NCBI GenBank assembly: GCA_963843875.1
Contig: CAWJMC010000007.1
Location: 208,129 to 272,128, forward strand
Direction: 5' to 3'
DNA: 64,000 bases
DNA from: an uncultured Actinomycetota bacterium
Lineage (GTDB): Bacteria; Actinomycetota; Actinomycetes; Propionibacteriales; Nocardioidaceae
Every line of letters begins with the position of its first letter. Position 1 is the first letter of the stretch. This document shows, in pieces, positions 40,828 to 49,533 of the stretch. Below the pieces are notes generated by a model. The model searched no databases. It worked only from the letters and a program-made list of their open reading frames with translations, and was not told where the DNA came from. A program made the translations under genes and the position numbers.

Positions 40828-41413
40828 ATGTTTCGACGTCTCGCCCCGTCGGCGCTGGTCGCCAGCCTGGTGCCGGCCCTGGTCCTGGGGCTCACCGGCC
40901 CGACCACGGCGGCGCCGACCGCCGGCTCCGCCCTGCCGTCGAAGCCCACCTGGAGCAACGACGTCACGCCGGGCGGTCGCCGACAGCGCCAAGATCGACC
41001 GGCGCTACTCCAAAGGGGTCACCCAGGGCGACAAGATGGCCTTCAACCTCGACATCGACAACACCTCGATCGCCACGCACTACGCCTACCCGCAGGCGGT
41101 GCCGCAGGTGCTGGCCATCGCGAGGCGCTACCGGGCCAAGGACGTCAAGCTGCTCTTCAACACCGGGCGCTACTCCGACCAGCTGGGCGGGATCAAGCAG
41201 GCCCTGACGAAGGCGGGCTACAAGTACACCATCGTCTGCGGTCGCCGGCACGGGATGACGATCCAGGCCGGCAAGGAGCGCTGCCGCGACGTCTTCCTCG
41301 GTCACGGCTACGTGCTGCTGGCGAACTTCGGCAACAACCCGAGCGACTTCACCGGCACTCAGAACTGGAGCTACAGCTTCCACCTGCCCAGCTACGACGG
41401 ACGGCTCAGCTGA
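40828..41413 (+). CDS. Secreted HAD-family (class B-like) acid phosphatase (frameshift near 40970)
   Basis: Signal MFRRLAPSALVASLVPALVLG; motif I NLDIDNT, motif II FNTGR, motif IV NFGNNPSDF. Confidence 0.7.
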
Positions 41414-41415
41414 GG

Positions 41416-41434
41416 GAGATCCGGAGCGGATCTC
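41416..41434 (+). terminator. Short hairpin after the HAD gene
   Basis: GAGATCCG-gag-CGGATCTC. Confidence 0.45.
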
Positions 41435-41562
41435 GCAAGAATGAGACCCCAGACCGGGGCAGGAGCATCCTCTCGTCCCACTGTCCACAGGTTCGATGGA
41501 GAGCCGTTGACGGAGCTCACCTGATGGGGTGACCATCACACATCCAGTCCGGGATGTGAGCC

Positions 41563-42891
41563 ATGAGCAGTCAGCAGCTGACCCGCACCGCGGGTGCGCC
41601 GCGCCCGGGCCGTCCGGGAGCCCCGGGGGACGTCGCGCTGGTGGAGAGCCTGGACGCGGCGGTGCGTGCCGTCGTACGCCGCGAGGGTGTCGACCCGCAG
41701 CGCGAGGCCCTGCGGGTGCGCCGGATCGCTCAGGACGCGGTGCGCGACCACGACGAGCGCAGCCTGAGCGGGGTCGTGGTCCCGGTCGCCGACCCGTCGG
41801 TGATGGTCGACGAGCTCGTCGCGCGGGTGGCCGGCTTCGGACCCCTGCAGCCCTACCTCGACGACCCCGAGGTCGAGGAGATCTGGATCAACGGGCCGGA
41901 GCGGGTCTTCATCGCCAAGGCCGGGCGGCACGAGCTGACCACGACGATCCTGACCACGGCCCAGGTCTCCGAGCTGGTGGAGCGGATGCTGAAGTCGAGC
42001 GGCCGCCGGATCGACCTGAGCCAGCCCTTCGTCGACGCCATGCTGCCCGAGGGTCACCGGTTGCACGTGGTGCTGGAGGGGATCTCCCGGGGCTTCTCGG
42101 CGGTCAACATCCGCAAGTTCGTGCTGCGCGCGGCCCGGCTCGACGACCTGGTCCGGCTGGGAAGCATGACCCCGGCGGCGGCGCGCTTCCTCGAGGCGTC
42201 AGTGCTCGCCGGGTTGAACATCATCGTCGCCGGGGCGACCCAGGCCGGTAAGACCACGATGTTGAACTGCCTCGCGGCCGCGATCCCGGGCGGGGACCGG
42301 GTGGTGAGCGCGGAGGAGGTCTGGGAGCTTCGCTTCGCCCATCCGGACTGGGTGCCGCTGCAGACCCGGCAGCAGGGCCTCGAGGGCAACGGCGAGGTCA
42401 CCCTGCGCGACCTGGTCCGCGAGGCGCTGCGGATGCGTCCGACCCGGATGATCGTCGGCGAGGTCCGTTCGGCCGAGGCGCTCGACCTGCTGCTGGCGCT
42501 CAACTCCGGGCTGCCGGGGATGGCGACGATCCACGCCAACTCCGCTCGCGAGTCGCTGGTCAAGCTGTGCACGCTGCCGCTGCTGGCGGGTGAGAACATC
42601 TCCGCGCGGTTCGTGGTGCCGACCGTCGCGACGGCGACCGACCTGGTCGTCCACCTCGGTCTCGACTCGCGCGGCGTACGCCGGGTCAACGAGATCGTGG
42701 CGGTGCCCGGGACGGGTGGAGAACGACATCATCGAGACCGAGCCGATCTTCGTGCGCGCCGGCGAACGGCTGGTGCGCGCGGCGGGGATGCCGACCCGGC
42801 TGGACAGCTACGAGCGGGCCGGGATCGACGTCCACGCCCTGCTCGACCCGGTCGACCGGGGTGCGGGCGGCAGCGAGCGGACGCCGGCTGA
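41563..42891 (+). CDS. tadA: CpaF/TadA pilus assembly ATPase (frameshift near 42710)
   Basis: GPLQPYLDDPEVEEIWING, NIRKF, GATQAGKTT, ALRMRPTRMIVGEVR, ATIHANSA. Confidence 0.92.
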   Translation: MSSQQLTRTAGAPRPGRPGAPGDVALVESLDAAVRAVVRREGVDPQREALRVRRIAQDAVRDHDERSLSGVVVPVADPSVMVDELVARVAGFGPLQPYLDDPEVEEIWINGPERVFIAKAGRHELTTTILTTAQVSELVERMLKSSGRRIDLSQPFVDAMLPEGHRLHVVLEGISRGFSAVNIRKFVLRAARLDDLVRLGSMTPAAARFLEASVLAGLNIIVAGATQAGKTTMLNCLAAAIPGGDRVVSAEEVWELRFAHPDWVPLQTRQQGLEGNGEVTLRDLVREALRMRPTRMIVGEVRSAEALDLLLALNSGLPGMATIHANSARESLVKLCTLPLLAGENISARFVVPTVATATDLVVHLGLDSRGVRRVNEIVAVPGTGGERHHRDRADLRARRRTAGARGGDADPAGQLRAGRDRRPRPARPGRPGCGRQRADAG

Positions 42892-43751
42892 TGGGCGTCG
42901 TGGTCGGGCTCGGCTTCGGGGTCGGGCGTGCTGCTGATCTGGTCGGCGTTCGCCGTGCCGCGTCACGCCGCGCGCGGCCGGCGTCGAGCGGGCCGGGCGG
43001 GTCGACGCGCTGCTGGCGCGGGCCGGGCTGGGCGGGGTGAGCCAGCACGTCGTTCGTGGTGCTGTGCGTCGGCAGCGGGTTGGTGGCGACGGTCGCGGTG
43101 CAGATCGCCTCGCGCACGCTGCCGGTGGCGCTGGCCTTCGGGGTGATGGGCGGCTACGTGCCGGTCGCGATCACCCGCGGGCGGGCGATGCGCCGCCAGC
43201 GGGAGTTCGCCGAGGTGTGGCCGGAGGCGGTCGACAACCTCGCCTCCGCCGTACGCGCCGGGATGTCGCTGCCCGAGTCGTTGGCCGCGCTGGCCCGGCG
43301 CGGTCCGGAGCCGCTGCGCGAGCCGTTCGCCGGGTTCGCGCTCGACTACCAGGTCACCGGTCGCTTCTCCGAGAGCCTCGACCGGCTCAAGGAGCGTCTC
43401 GCCGACCCGGTCGGCGACCGCGTGGTCGAAGGGCTGCGGGTGGCCCGCGAGGTCGGCGGTGGCGACCTGGGGCGGCTGCTGCGCAGCCTGTCGGGGTTCT
43501 TGCGCGAGGACGCCCGCACCCGCCAGGAGCTCGAGGCGCGGCAGACCTGGACCGTCAACGGCGCCCGGCTCGCCGTGGCCGCGCCCTGGCTGGTGCTGCT
43601 CCTGCTGTGCTTCCAGCGCGACGTGATCGAGCGCTACGCCTCGACCGCGGGCGTGGTGGTGCTGGTCGGCGGCGCGGTGTGCTGCCTGCTCGCCTACCGG
43701 CTGATGGTGCGCATCGGTCGTCTGCCCGTCGAGCGCCGGATCCTGTCGTGA
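42891..43751 (+). CDS. tadB: TadB (T2SS F family) platform protein (5' frameshifts)
   Basis: WPEAVDNLASAVRAGMSLPESL, AREVGGGDLG. Confidence 0.88.
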
Positions 43752-44675
43752 CGCCGACGGCGTGGGGCGTGCTGCTGGGAGCGGGGTTCGGCGGCGGGTT
43801 GCTGCTGGTTCTCGAGCGGGTGGTCGCGTCCCGGCGTACGCCGTTCGAGGTGCGGGTGCTGCCCTACCTGCGCGACCTGCCCGCCGCTCCTCGTCGTCCG
43901 GCGGTGCCGGAGACCTCGGCGGTGAGCGGGGTGTTCGGGCCGCCGCTGCGCTCGGCCGCCGACCTGGTCGAGCGCGTGCTGGGCGGCTCGGCCTCGATCC
44001 GGCGTCGACTCGAGCGGGCCGGACTCGACCTGACCGTCCACGACTTCCGGGTGCAGCAGGTGATCTGGGGCTTGGTCGGCTTCGTGGCCACGGCGGTGCC
44101 GGCTGTGCTCGTCTCGTTGGTCTCGCCGGGGCGGTCGCTGCCACTGCTGCTGCTCTGCCTCGCCGCGTTCGCGACCGGGGTGCTGGTGCGCGAGAACCGG
44201 CTGACGTCGCAGGTGGCCAGGCGTGAGCGCCGGATCCTGGAGGAGTTCCCGACCGTGGCCGAGCTCCTGGCGCTCTCCGTGGCCGCCGGGGAGAGCCCCG
44301 TCGGTGCGCTCGACCGGGTCGTGCAGCGCACCCACGGCGAACTGTCACGCGATCTCGCGCCGGGTGCTGGCCGACGTCCGCACCGGCACGCCCGTCACCC
44401 ACGCCTTCGATGCACTGGCCAGCCGTACCGGGCTGCCTGTCGTGTCCCGCTTCGCGGAAGGTCTCGCGGTCGCCGTCGAGCGGGGCACCCCGCTCGCCGA
44501 CGTGCTGCACGCGCAGGCGGCCGACGTGCGCGAGGCCGGACGTCGCGCCCTGATCGAGTCGGGCGGGCGCAAGGAGATCGTGATGATGGTCCCGGTGGTC
44601 TTCCTCGTCCTCCCGGTGACCGTCGTCTTCGCGTTCTGGCCCGGGCTGGTCGGGCTGCAGCTGGTGACGCCATGA
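43748..44675 (+). CDS. tadC: TadC (T2SS F family) platform protein (frameshift near 44355)
   Basis: EFPTVAELLALSVAAGESP, ERGTPLADVLHAQA, KEIVMMVPVVFLVLP. Confidence 0.88.
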
Positions 44676-44746
44676 ACTCCGCCGGGAACTCCGCCGGGAA
44701 CTCCGCCGGGAACTCCGCCATGAACTCCGCCGGAAACCACGCAGGA
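44675..44746 (+). repeat. 12-bp tandem repeat AACTCCGCCGGG (5 near-perfect + 1 degenerate copy)
   Basis: Units at 44675, 44687, 44699, 44711, 44723, 44735. Confidence 0.9.
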
Positions 44747-44760
44747 ACAGGGAGTACGAG

Positions 44761-44940
44761 ATGAGAAGATTGCTGAACCGCACCTACCTGGGGCGTCGCC
44801 GCGACGACGAGCGGGGCGACGTGCCGGGCTGGGTCCTGATCACCGTCATGACGGCTGGTCTGGTCGGGGCGTTGTGGGCGATCGCGGGCAACCAGCTCGG
44901 GTCGATGCTGCGCAGCGCGCTCTCGTCCGTGTCCGGCTGA
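44761..44940 (+). CDS. Flp-like major pilin candidate, 59 aa (absent from ORF track)
   Basis: MRRLLNRTYLGRRRDDERG/DVPGWVLITVMTAGLVGALWAIAGNQLGSMLRSALSSVSG; GGAG RBS at 44751; sits between tadC and tadE. Confidence 0.8.
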   Translation: MRRLLNRTYLGRRRDDERGDVPGWVLITVMTAGLVGALWAIAGNQLGSMLRSALSSVSG

Positions 44941-44943
44941 GCG

Positions 44944-45348
44944 ATGGCTCGTCGGTTCTCGCGTCGCCAGCGCAGCGACGAGCGCGGGGCAGCGGTGGTC
45001 GACTTCGTGCTGGTGCTGCTCGTGCTGATCCCGCTCGTGCTGGGGATCATGCAGGTGGCGCTGGTGATGTTCGTGCGGACCACGCTGACCTCCGCCGCCT
45101 CGGAGGGTGCGCGGTACGCCGCCACCATCGACCGTGGCCCCGCCGCGGGCGCGACGCGCACCCGGCACCAGATCGGGCGGGCCGTCGCCGGCCGCTTCGC
45201 CCGAGGGGTGAGCGCCGAGGACACCACCGTCGACGGGGTGCCGGGCGTGGTCGTGCACGTGCGGGCCGTCGTACCTCCGCTGGGGGTGTGGGGCCCCGGG
45301 ATCGGGCTCGACATCGAGGGGCACGCGGTCAAGGAGGTCGCGCCGTGA
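44944..45348 (+). CDS. TadE-family pseudopilin
   Basis: DERG/AAVVDFVLV, AASEGARYAA. Confidence 0.85.
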   Translation: MARRFSRRQRSDERGAAVVDFVLVLLVLIPLVLGIMQVALVMFVRTTLTSAASEGARYAATIDRGPAAGATRTRHQIGRAVAGRFARGVSAEDTTVDGVPGVVVHVRAVVPPLGVWGPGIGLDIEGHAVKEVAP

Positions 45349-45824
45349 GGGTCGTGGGTCCGAGGTGGCGCCACCGGGCCACGGGGCACCCACGACCCGA
45401 AGCGGGGACGGCGATCATCGAGTTCACCTGGCTCGGGCTGCTGCTCCTGGTGCCGCTGGTCTACCTCGTGATCGCGGTCTTCGACACCCAGCGCACGGCG
45501 TACGCCGCCACCACCGCGGCCAGGTCCGCGGCTCGCGCCTTCATCACCTCACCCGACGAGGCGAGCGCCCGGGGGCGGGCCCGCACGGCGGCGCGCCTGG
45601 CCTTCGCCGACCAGGGCATCGAGGGTGCCCCGATGACGTTGGAGCTGCGCTGCCGCCCGGATCCCGGCAACTGCCTGGCGCCCGGGGAGACGGTCACCGC
45701 CGAGGTGCACTCCTCGGTCAGGCTGCCCCTCGTGCCGGACGCCCTGGGTGGCAACGCCCCGCGGATCAGCGTCTCGGCGCTCAACGCCTCGCCGTACGGG
45801 ACGTTCCGCGAGGACCGGCCGTGA
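45345..45824 (+). CDS. TadE/TadF-like pseudopilin
   Basis: EAG/TAIIEFTWLG, AARSAARAF; GTGA overlap with upstream stop. Confidence 0.8.
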   Translation: MRVVGPRWRHRATGHPRPEAGTAIIEFTWLGLLLLVPLVYLVIAVFDTQRTAYAATTAARSAARAFITSPDEASARGRARTAARLAFADQGIEGAPMTLELRCRPDPGNCLAPGETVTAEVHSSVRLPLVPDALGGNAPRISVSALNASPYGTFREDRP

Positions 45825-46246
45825 GACGCGACGAGGCGGGCAGCATCGCGCCACTGGTCATCGGCTTCCTGCTGGTGCTGGGGACCCTGGTCGGGGTGGT
45901 GGTCGACGCGTCCGCGGCGTACCTGCGCCGTCAGGGGCTGGACGACCTCGCCGACGCGGCGGCGCTCTCGGCCACCGACGGGCTGCAGGGCGAGGCGGTC
46001 TACCGCGACGGCCTCGGGAAGAAGGTGCAGATCGACGCCTTCGCGGCGCACCGCTACGTCGAGGACTACCTCGCCTCGACCGGCGCGCGCACGCAGTACC
46101 CCGGGCTGCGGGTGCGGGTGGTCACCGCCGACGACGTGGTGACCGTGCGACTGCGGGCCGCCATGCCACTCCCGCTGCCGGTGCCCGGCGTCGGCACCCC
46201 GACGATCAGTGGCAGCGCCGCTTCGGAGGTGCTGGTCAGCGAGTGA
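45821..46246 (+). CDS. TadG-related pseudopilin
   Basis: DEAG/SIAPLVIG, VVVDASAAYL..LADAAAL; GTGA overlap. Confidence 0.8.
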   Translation: MRRDEAGSIAPLVIGFLLVLGTLVGVVVDASAAYLRRQGLDDLADAAALSATDGLQGEAVYRDGLGKKVQIDAFAAHRYVEDYLASTGARTQYPGLRVRVVTADDVVTVRLRAAMPLPLPVPGVGTPTISGSAASEVLVSE

Positions 46247-46304
46247 GCGCGACCCTAGAGTCGGGACGGACCCGTGCGGCCGAGGACGGGCCGGAAGGAG
46301 CGAC

Positions 46305-46991
46305 ATGCCAGCCGCCCCTGTGCCGAGCGCCCTGGTCGACCGGCTCGCCTCGTCGGCGCCGGGCCAACCGTGCGGGCAGCAGGAGATCCTGGCCGAGCTG
46401 CGCCGGGTGATCCTGGCCGGCGAGGCGCACCCGGGGACCCCGATCCCGCTGGACGCCGTCGCGAAGGTCTTCGACGTCAGCGTGATCCCGGTCCGGGAGT
46501 CCCTCAAGACCCTGATCGGTGAAGGGCTGGTCGATCACGAGCCCCGGGGGGGCTACCGGGTCGCCGAGCTCACCCGCGACGAGCTGCACGAGTTCTACGT
46601 CATCCGCGAGGTGCTCGAGGCGGCCGGGCTGCGGGCGGCGGTCGAGCGGGCCACCCCCGCGGACGACGAGGCGGCCCGCGCCGTCCACGCGGTGATCAGC
46701 CGCAGCGCCGAGGCCGAGGACCATCTCGCCTACCACCGGGACAGCCGTCGCTTCCACCTGGCGCTGCTGGCCCCCGCCCGGATGCACCGGCTGCTGCACA
46801 TGTTCGAGATGGCCTGGAACGTCACCGAGCCTTCGCAGCCGATGGCGGCGGTGGGGGAGAAGCAGCGCGCCCGGATGCACGCCGACCACACGGCGATGCT
46901 CGAGGCCTTCGTGGCCCGCGACGCCGACGCACTGGTGGACTTCTCGCGCAAGCACTACCGGCGCCTCGGCCGGGCTGTCGACGCGGGCTGA
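46305..46991 (+). CDS. GntR (FadR/FCD) family transcriptional regulator
   Basis: FDVSVIPVRESLKTLIGEGLV wHTH; RRFHLALL and HADHTAML FCD histidines. Confidence 0.9.
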   Translation: MPAAPVPSALVDRLASSAPGQPCGQQEILAELRRVILAGEAHPGTPIPLDAVAKVFDVSVIPVRESLKTLIGEGLVDHEPRGGYRVAELTRDELHEFYVIREVLEAAGLRAAVERATPADDEAARAVHAVISRSAEAEDHLAYHRDSRRFHLALLAPARMHRLLHMFEMAWNVTEPSQPMAAVGEKQRARMHADHTAMLEAFVARDADALVDFSRKHYRRLGRAVDAG

Positions 46992-47020
46992 ACCCGGGTC
47001 CGGGCTGAGCCTGCGCAGGT

Positions 47021-47039
47021 CATATATCCCGGATATATG
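47021..47039. promoter_or_regulatory. Perfect palindromic operator CATATATCC-C-GGATATATG
   Basis: 9-bp arms with 1-nt spacer, AT-rich, between gntR and the NCS1 operon. Confidence 0.75.
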
Positions 47040-47129
47040 GCGTTCGCCGGGTCAACTTCGGCGTTCTCGGAACTACGTTCGGGCCATCCGCAGAAGAGAC
47101 CAGGCTCACACCCAGTGATGGAGCAGTCC

Positions 47130-48656
47130 ATGGCCACCGAAGTCCCCGTCCACCGTCCCGCCGCCCCGAGCGTGGGTCATCCCGCCGGCGTCGGGGTGAT
47201 CAAGGAGTCGTACCACCCTCGGCTGACCAACGACGACCTCGCGCCGCTGCGCGACCAGAACTGGTCCTGGTACAACATCTTCGCCTTCTGGATGTCCGAC
47301 GTGCACAGCGTCGGCGGCTACGTCACCGCCGGCAGCCTCTTCGCGCTCGGCCTGACCAGCTGGCAGGTGTTCGTCTGCCTGCTCCTCGGCATCGCGATCG
47401 TGCTGTTCTTCGCCAACCTCGTCGCCAAGCCCAGCCAGCGCGCCGGCGTGCCGTTCCCGGTGATCTGCCGCTCGGTGTTCGGGGTGGTCGGGGCGAACAT
47501 CCCCGCCATCATCCGGGGGCTGATCGCGGTGGCGTGGTACGGCATCCAGACCTACCTCGCCTCCGCGGCCCTCGACATCCTCGTCGTCCGCCTCTGGCCC
47601 GGACTGACGCCCTACAGTGACGTCGCCCAGCACGGGTTCCTGGGCCTCTCGACGCTCGGGTACGCGACATTCGCGCTGCTGTGGTTGCTCCAGGCCGCGG
47701 TCTTCTGGACCGGGATGGACACCATCCGCAAGTTCATCGACTTCTGCGGGCCGGCGGTGTACGTCGTGATGTTCGTGCTCTGCGGCTACCTGCTGGTCAA
47801 GGCCGGCTTCAAGGTCGACCTGAACCTCTCGAGCACGCACCTCAGCGGCGGGGCGGTGCTCTCGACGATGTGCGCGGCGACCGCGCTGGTCGTCTCCTAC
47901 TTCTCCGGACCGATGCTGAACTTCGGCGACTTCTCCCGCTACGGCAACAGCTTCGAGGCGGTCAAGAAGGGCAACTTCTGGGGGCTGCCGGTGAACTTCA
48001 CGCTCTTCTCGGTGCTGACCGTGCTCACCGCGGCCGCGACGCTGCCGGTCTACGGCAAGCTGATCACCGACCCGGTGCAGACCGTGGGCCAGATCGACAA
48101 CACGTTCGCCATCGTGCTGGCGGCGCTGACCTTCACCACGGCGACCATCGGCATCAACATCGTGGCCAACTTCGTCTCCCCGGCCTTCGACTTCTCCCAC
48201 GTCAACCCGCAGAAGATCAGCTGGCGCACCGGCGGCATGATCGCCGCGGTCGGATCGGTGCTGATCACCCCGTGGAACCTCTACAAGAACCCGGACACCA
48301 TCCACTACACGCTGGACACCCTGGGTGCCTTCATCGGACCCCTGTTCGGGGTGCTGATCTGCCACTACTACCTCGTGCACAAGCAGAAGGTCGCCGTCGA
48401 CGACCTGTTCACGATGGACGAGGCCGGGGTCTACCACTACACCCGCGGCTTCAACCCGTCCGCGGTCTGGGCAACCCTGATCGCCGCTGTCGTCGCCGTC
48501 AGCTGCGTGTTCGTGCCGGGCGTCGACAAGGCCACCGACTACAGCTGGTTCATCGGGTGCGGCCTGGGGCTCGCGGTCTACTACGTGCTGGCCCGCCGTG
48601 CCGGGCTCCCGGAGCTGATCGAGGCCCGCGAGGGCGACGACGTCGTGGTGGGCTGA
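47130..48656 (+). CDS. NCS1 nucleobase:cation symporter (allantoin/hydantoin permease-like)
   Basis: LTNDDLAP, FWMSDVHSVGGY, WYGIQTY, LNFGDFSRY, NIVANFVSPAFD. Confidence 0.93.
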   Translation: MATEVPVHRPAAPSVGHPAGVGVIKESYHPRLTNDDLAPLRDQNWSWYNIFAFWMSDVHSVGGYVTAGSLFALGLTSWQVFVCLLLGIAIVLFFANLVAKPSQRAGVPFPVICRSVFGVVGANIPAIIRGLIAVAWYGIQTYLASAALDILVVRLWPGLTPYSDVAQHGFLGLSTLGYATFALLWLLQAAVFWTGMDTIRKFIDFCGPAVYVVMFVLCGYLLVKAGFKVDLNLSSTHLSGGAVLSTMCAATALVVSYFSGPMLNFGDFSRYGNSFEAVKKGNFWGLPVNFTLFSVLTVLTAAATLPVYGKLITDPVQTVGQIDNTFAIVLAALTFTTATIGINIVANFVSPAFDFSHVNPQKISWRTGGMIAAVGSVLITPWNLYKNPDTIHYTLDTLGAFIGPLFGVLICHYYLVHKQKVAVDDLFTMDEAGVYHYTRGFNPSAVWATLIAAVVAVSCVFVPGVDKATDYSWFIGCGLGLAVYYVLARRAGLPELIEAREGDDVVVG

Positions 48657-48659
48657 GGC

Positions 48660-49421
48660 GTGCGGATCAAGGTGATCAACCCGAACACCACCTGGTCGAT
48701 GACCAAGCTCATCGCGGACAGCGCCCGCTCCGTCGCCGGCCCGGACGTACAGGTCGACGCGGTGTCGCCCTCGATGGGGCCGGTCTCCATCGAGAGCCAC
48801 TACGACGAGGCGCTGGCCGTGCCCGGCATCCTCGCCGAGATCTCCCTGGGGGAGGAGGGCGGGGTGGACGGCTACGTCATCGCCTGCTTCGGCGACCCGG
48901 GGCTGGAGGCGGCGCGCGAGCTCGCTCGCGGACCGGTGGTGGGCATCGCCGAGGCGGCGATGCGCACCGCGACGTACCTCGGTCGATCGTTCAGCGTGGT
49001 GACCACGCTGGGCCGCACCCGGGGCCGGGCCTGGGACCTCGCCGAGACGTACGGCGTGTCGGCGCTGTGCCGTGGCGTGCACGCCTGCGAGATCCCGGTG
49101 CTCGACCTGGAGAGCTCACTGGACGCGCGCGAGAGGATCGTGACCGCCTGCCGGGAGGCGCTGGCCCGGGACGGGTCCGACGTCATCGTGCTCGGCTGCG
49201 CCGGGATGGCCGACCTGTGCGAGCACGTGTCGCGGGCGGTCGGCGCCCCGGTGGTCGACGGCGTCGCGGCTGCAACCCTCACCGTGGAGGGACTGGTCCG
49301 GATGGGTCTGCGCACCAGCGCCGTCGAGGAGTTCGCGAGCCCACGGCCCAAGTCCTACGACGGGATGCTGGCCGGCTTCGGGGTGGACGCGGGGATCGGC
49401 GGTGCCCCGACGGGTGGGTGA
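48660..49421 (+). CDS. Hydantoin/allantoin racemase (Asp/Glu racemase family)
   Basis: INPNTT..MT, IACFGDPG, VLGCAGM, PVVDGV. Confidence 0.92.
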   Translation: MRIKVINPNTTWSMTKLIADSARSVAGPDVQVDAVSPSMGPVSIESHYDEALAVPGILAEISLGEEGGVDGYVIACFGDPGLEAARELARGPVVGIAEAAMRTATYLGRSFSVVTTLGRTRGRAWDLAETYGVSALCRGVHACEIPVLDLESSLDARERIVTACREALARDGSDVIVLGCAGMADLCEHVSRAVGAPVVDGVAAATLTVEGLVRMGLRTSAVEEFASPRPKSYDGMLAGFGVDAGIGGAPTGG

Positions 49422-49464
49422 CCTTGTGCCCCGCCCGGGACAAGTGCTTGTCTCGGGAAGGTGA

Positions 49465-49480
49465 TGTGACGCCAGGCACG
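49465..49480. promoter_or_regulatory. Candidate Crp/GlxR site upstream of fdhA
   Basis: TGTGA-CGCCAG-GCACG, 8/10 match to TGTGA-N6-TCACA. Confidence 0.45.
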
Positions 49481-49533
49481 TCCGAGGCGTCACGCTCGAC
49501 AGCTCCCCGACCGGGAGCAGATCGGAAGTGCAC

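Noticed and set aside
44675-44746. Repeat as a CRISPR array
   Set aside because: 12-bp head-to-tail units with no spacers and no cas genes
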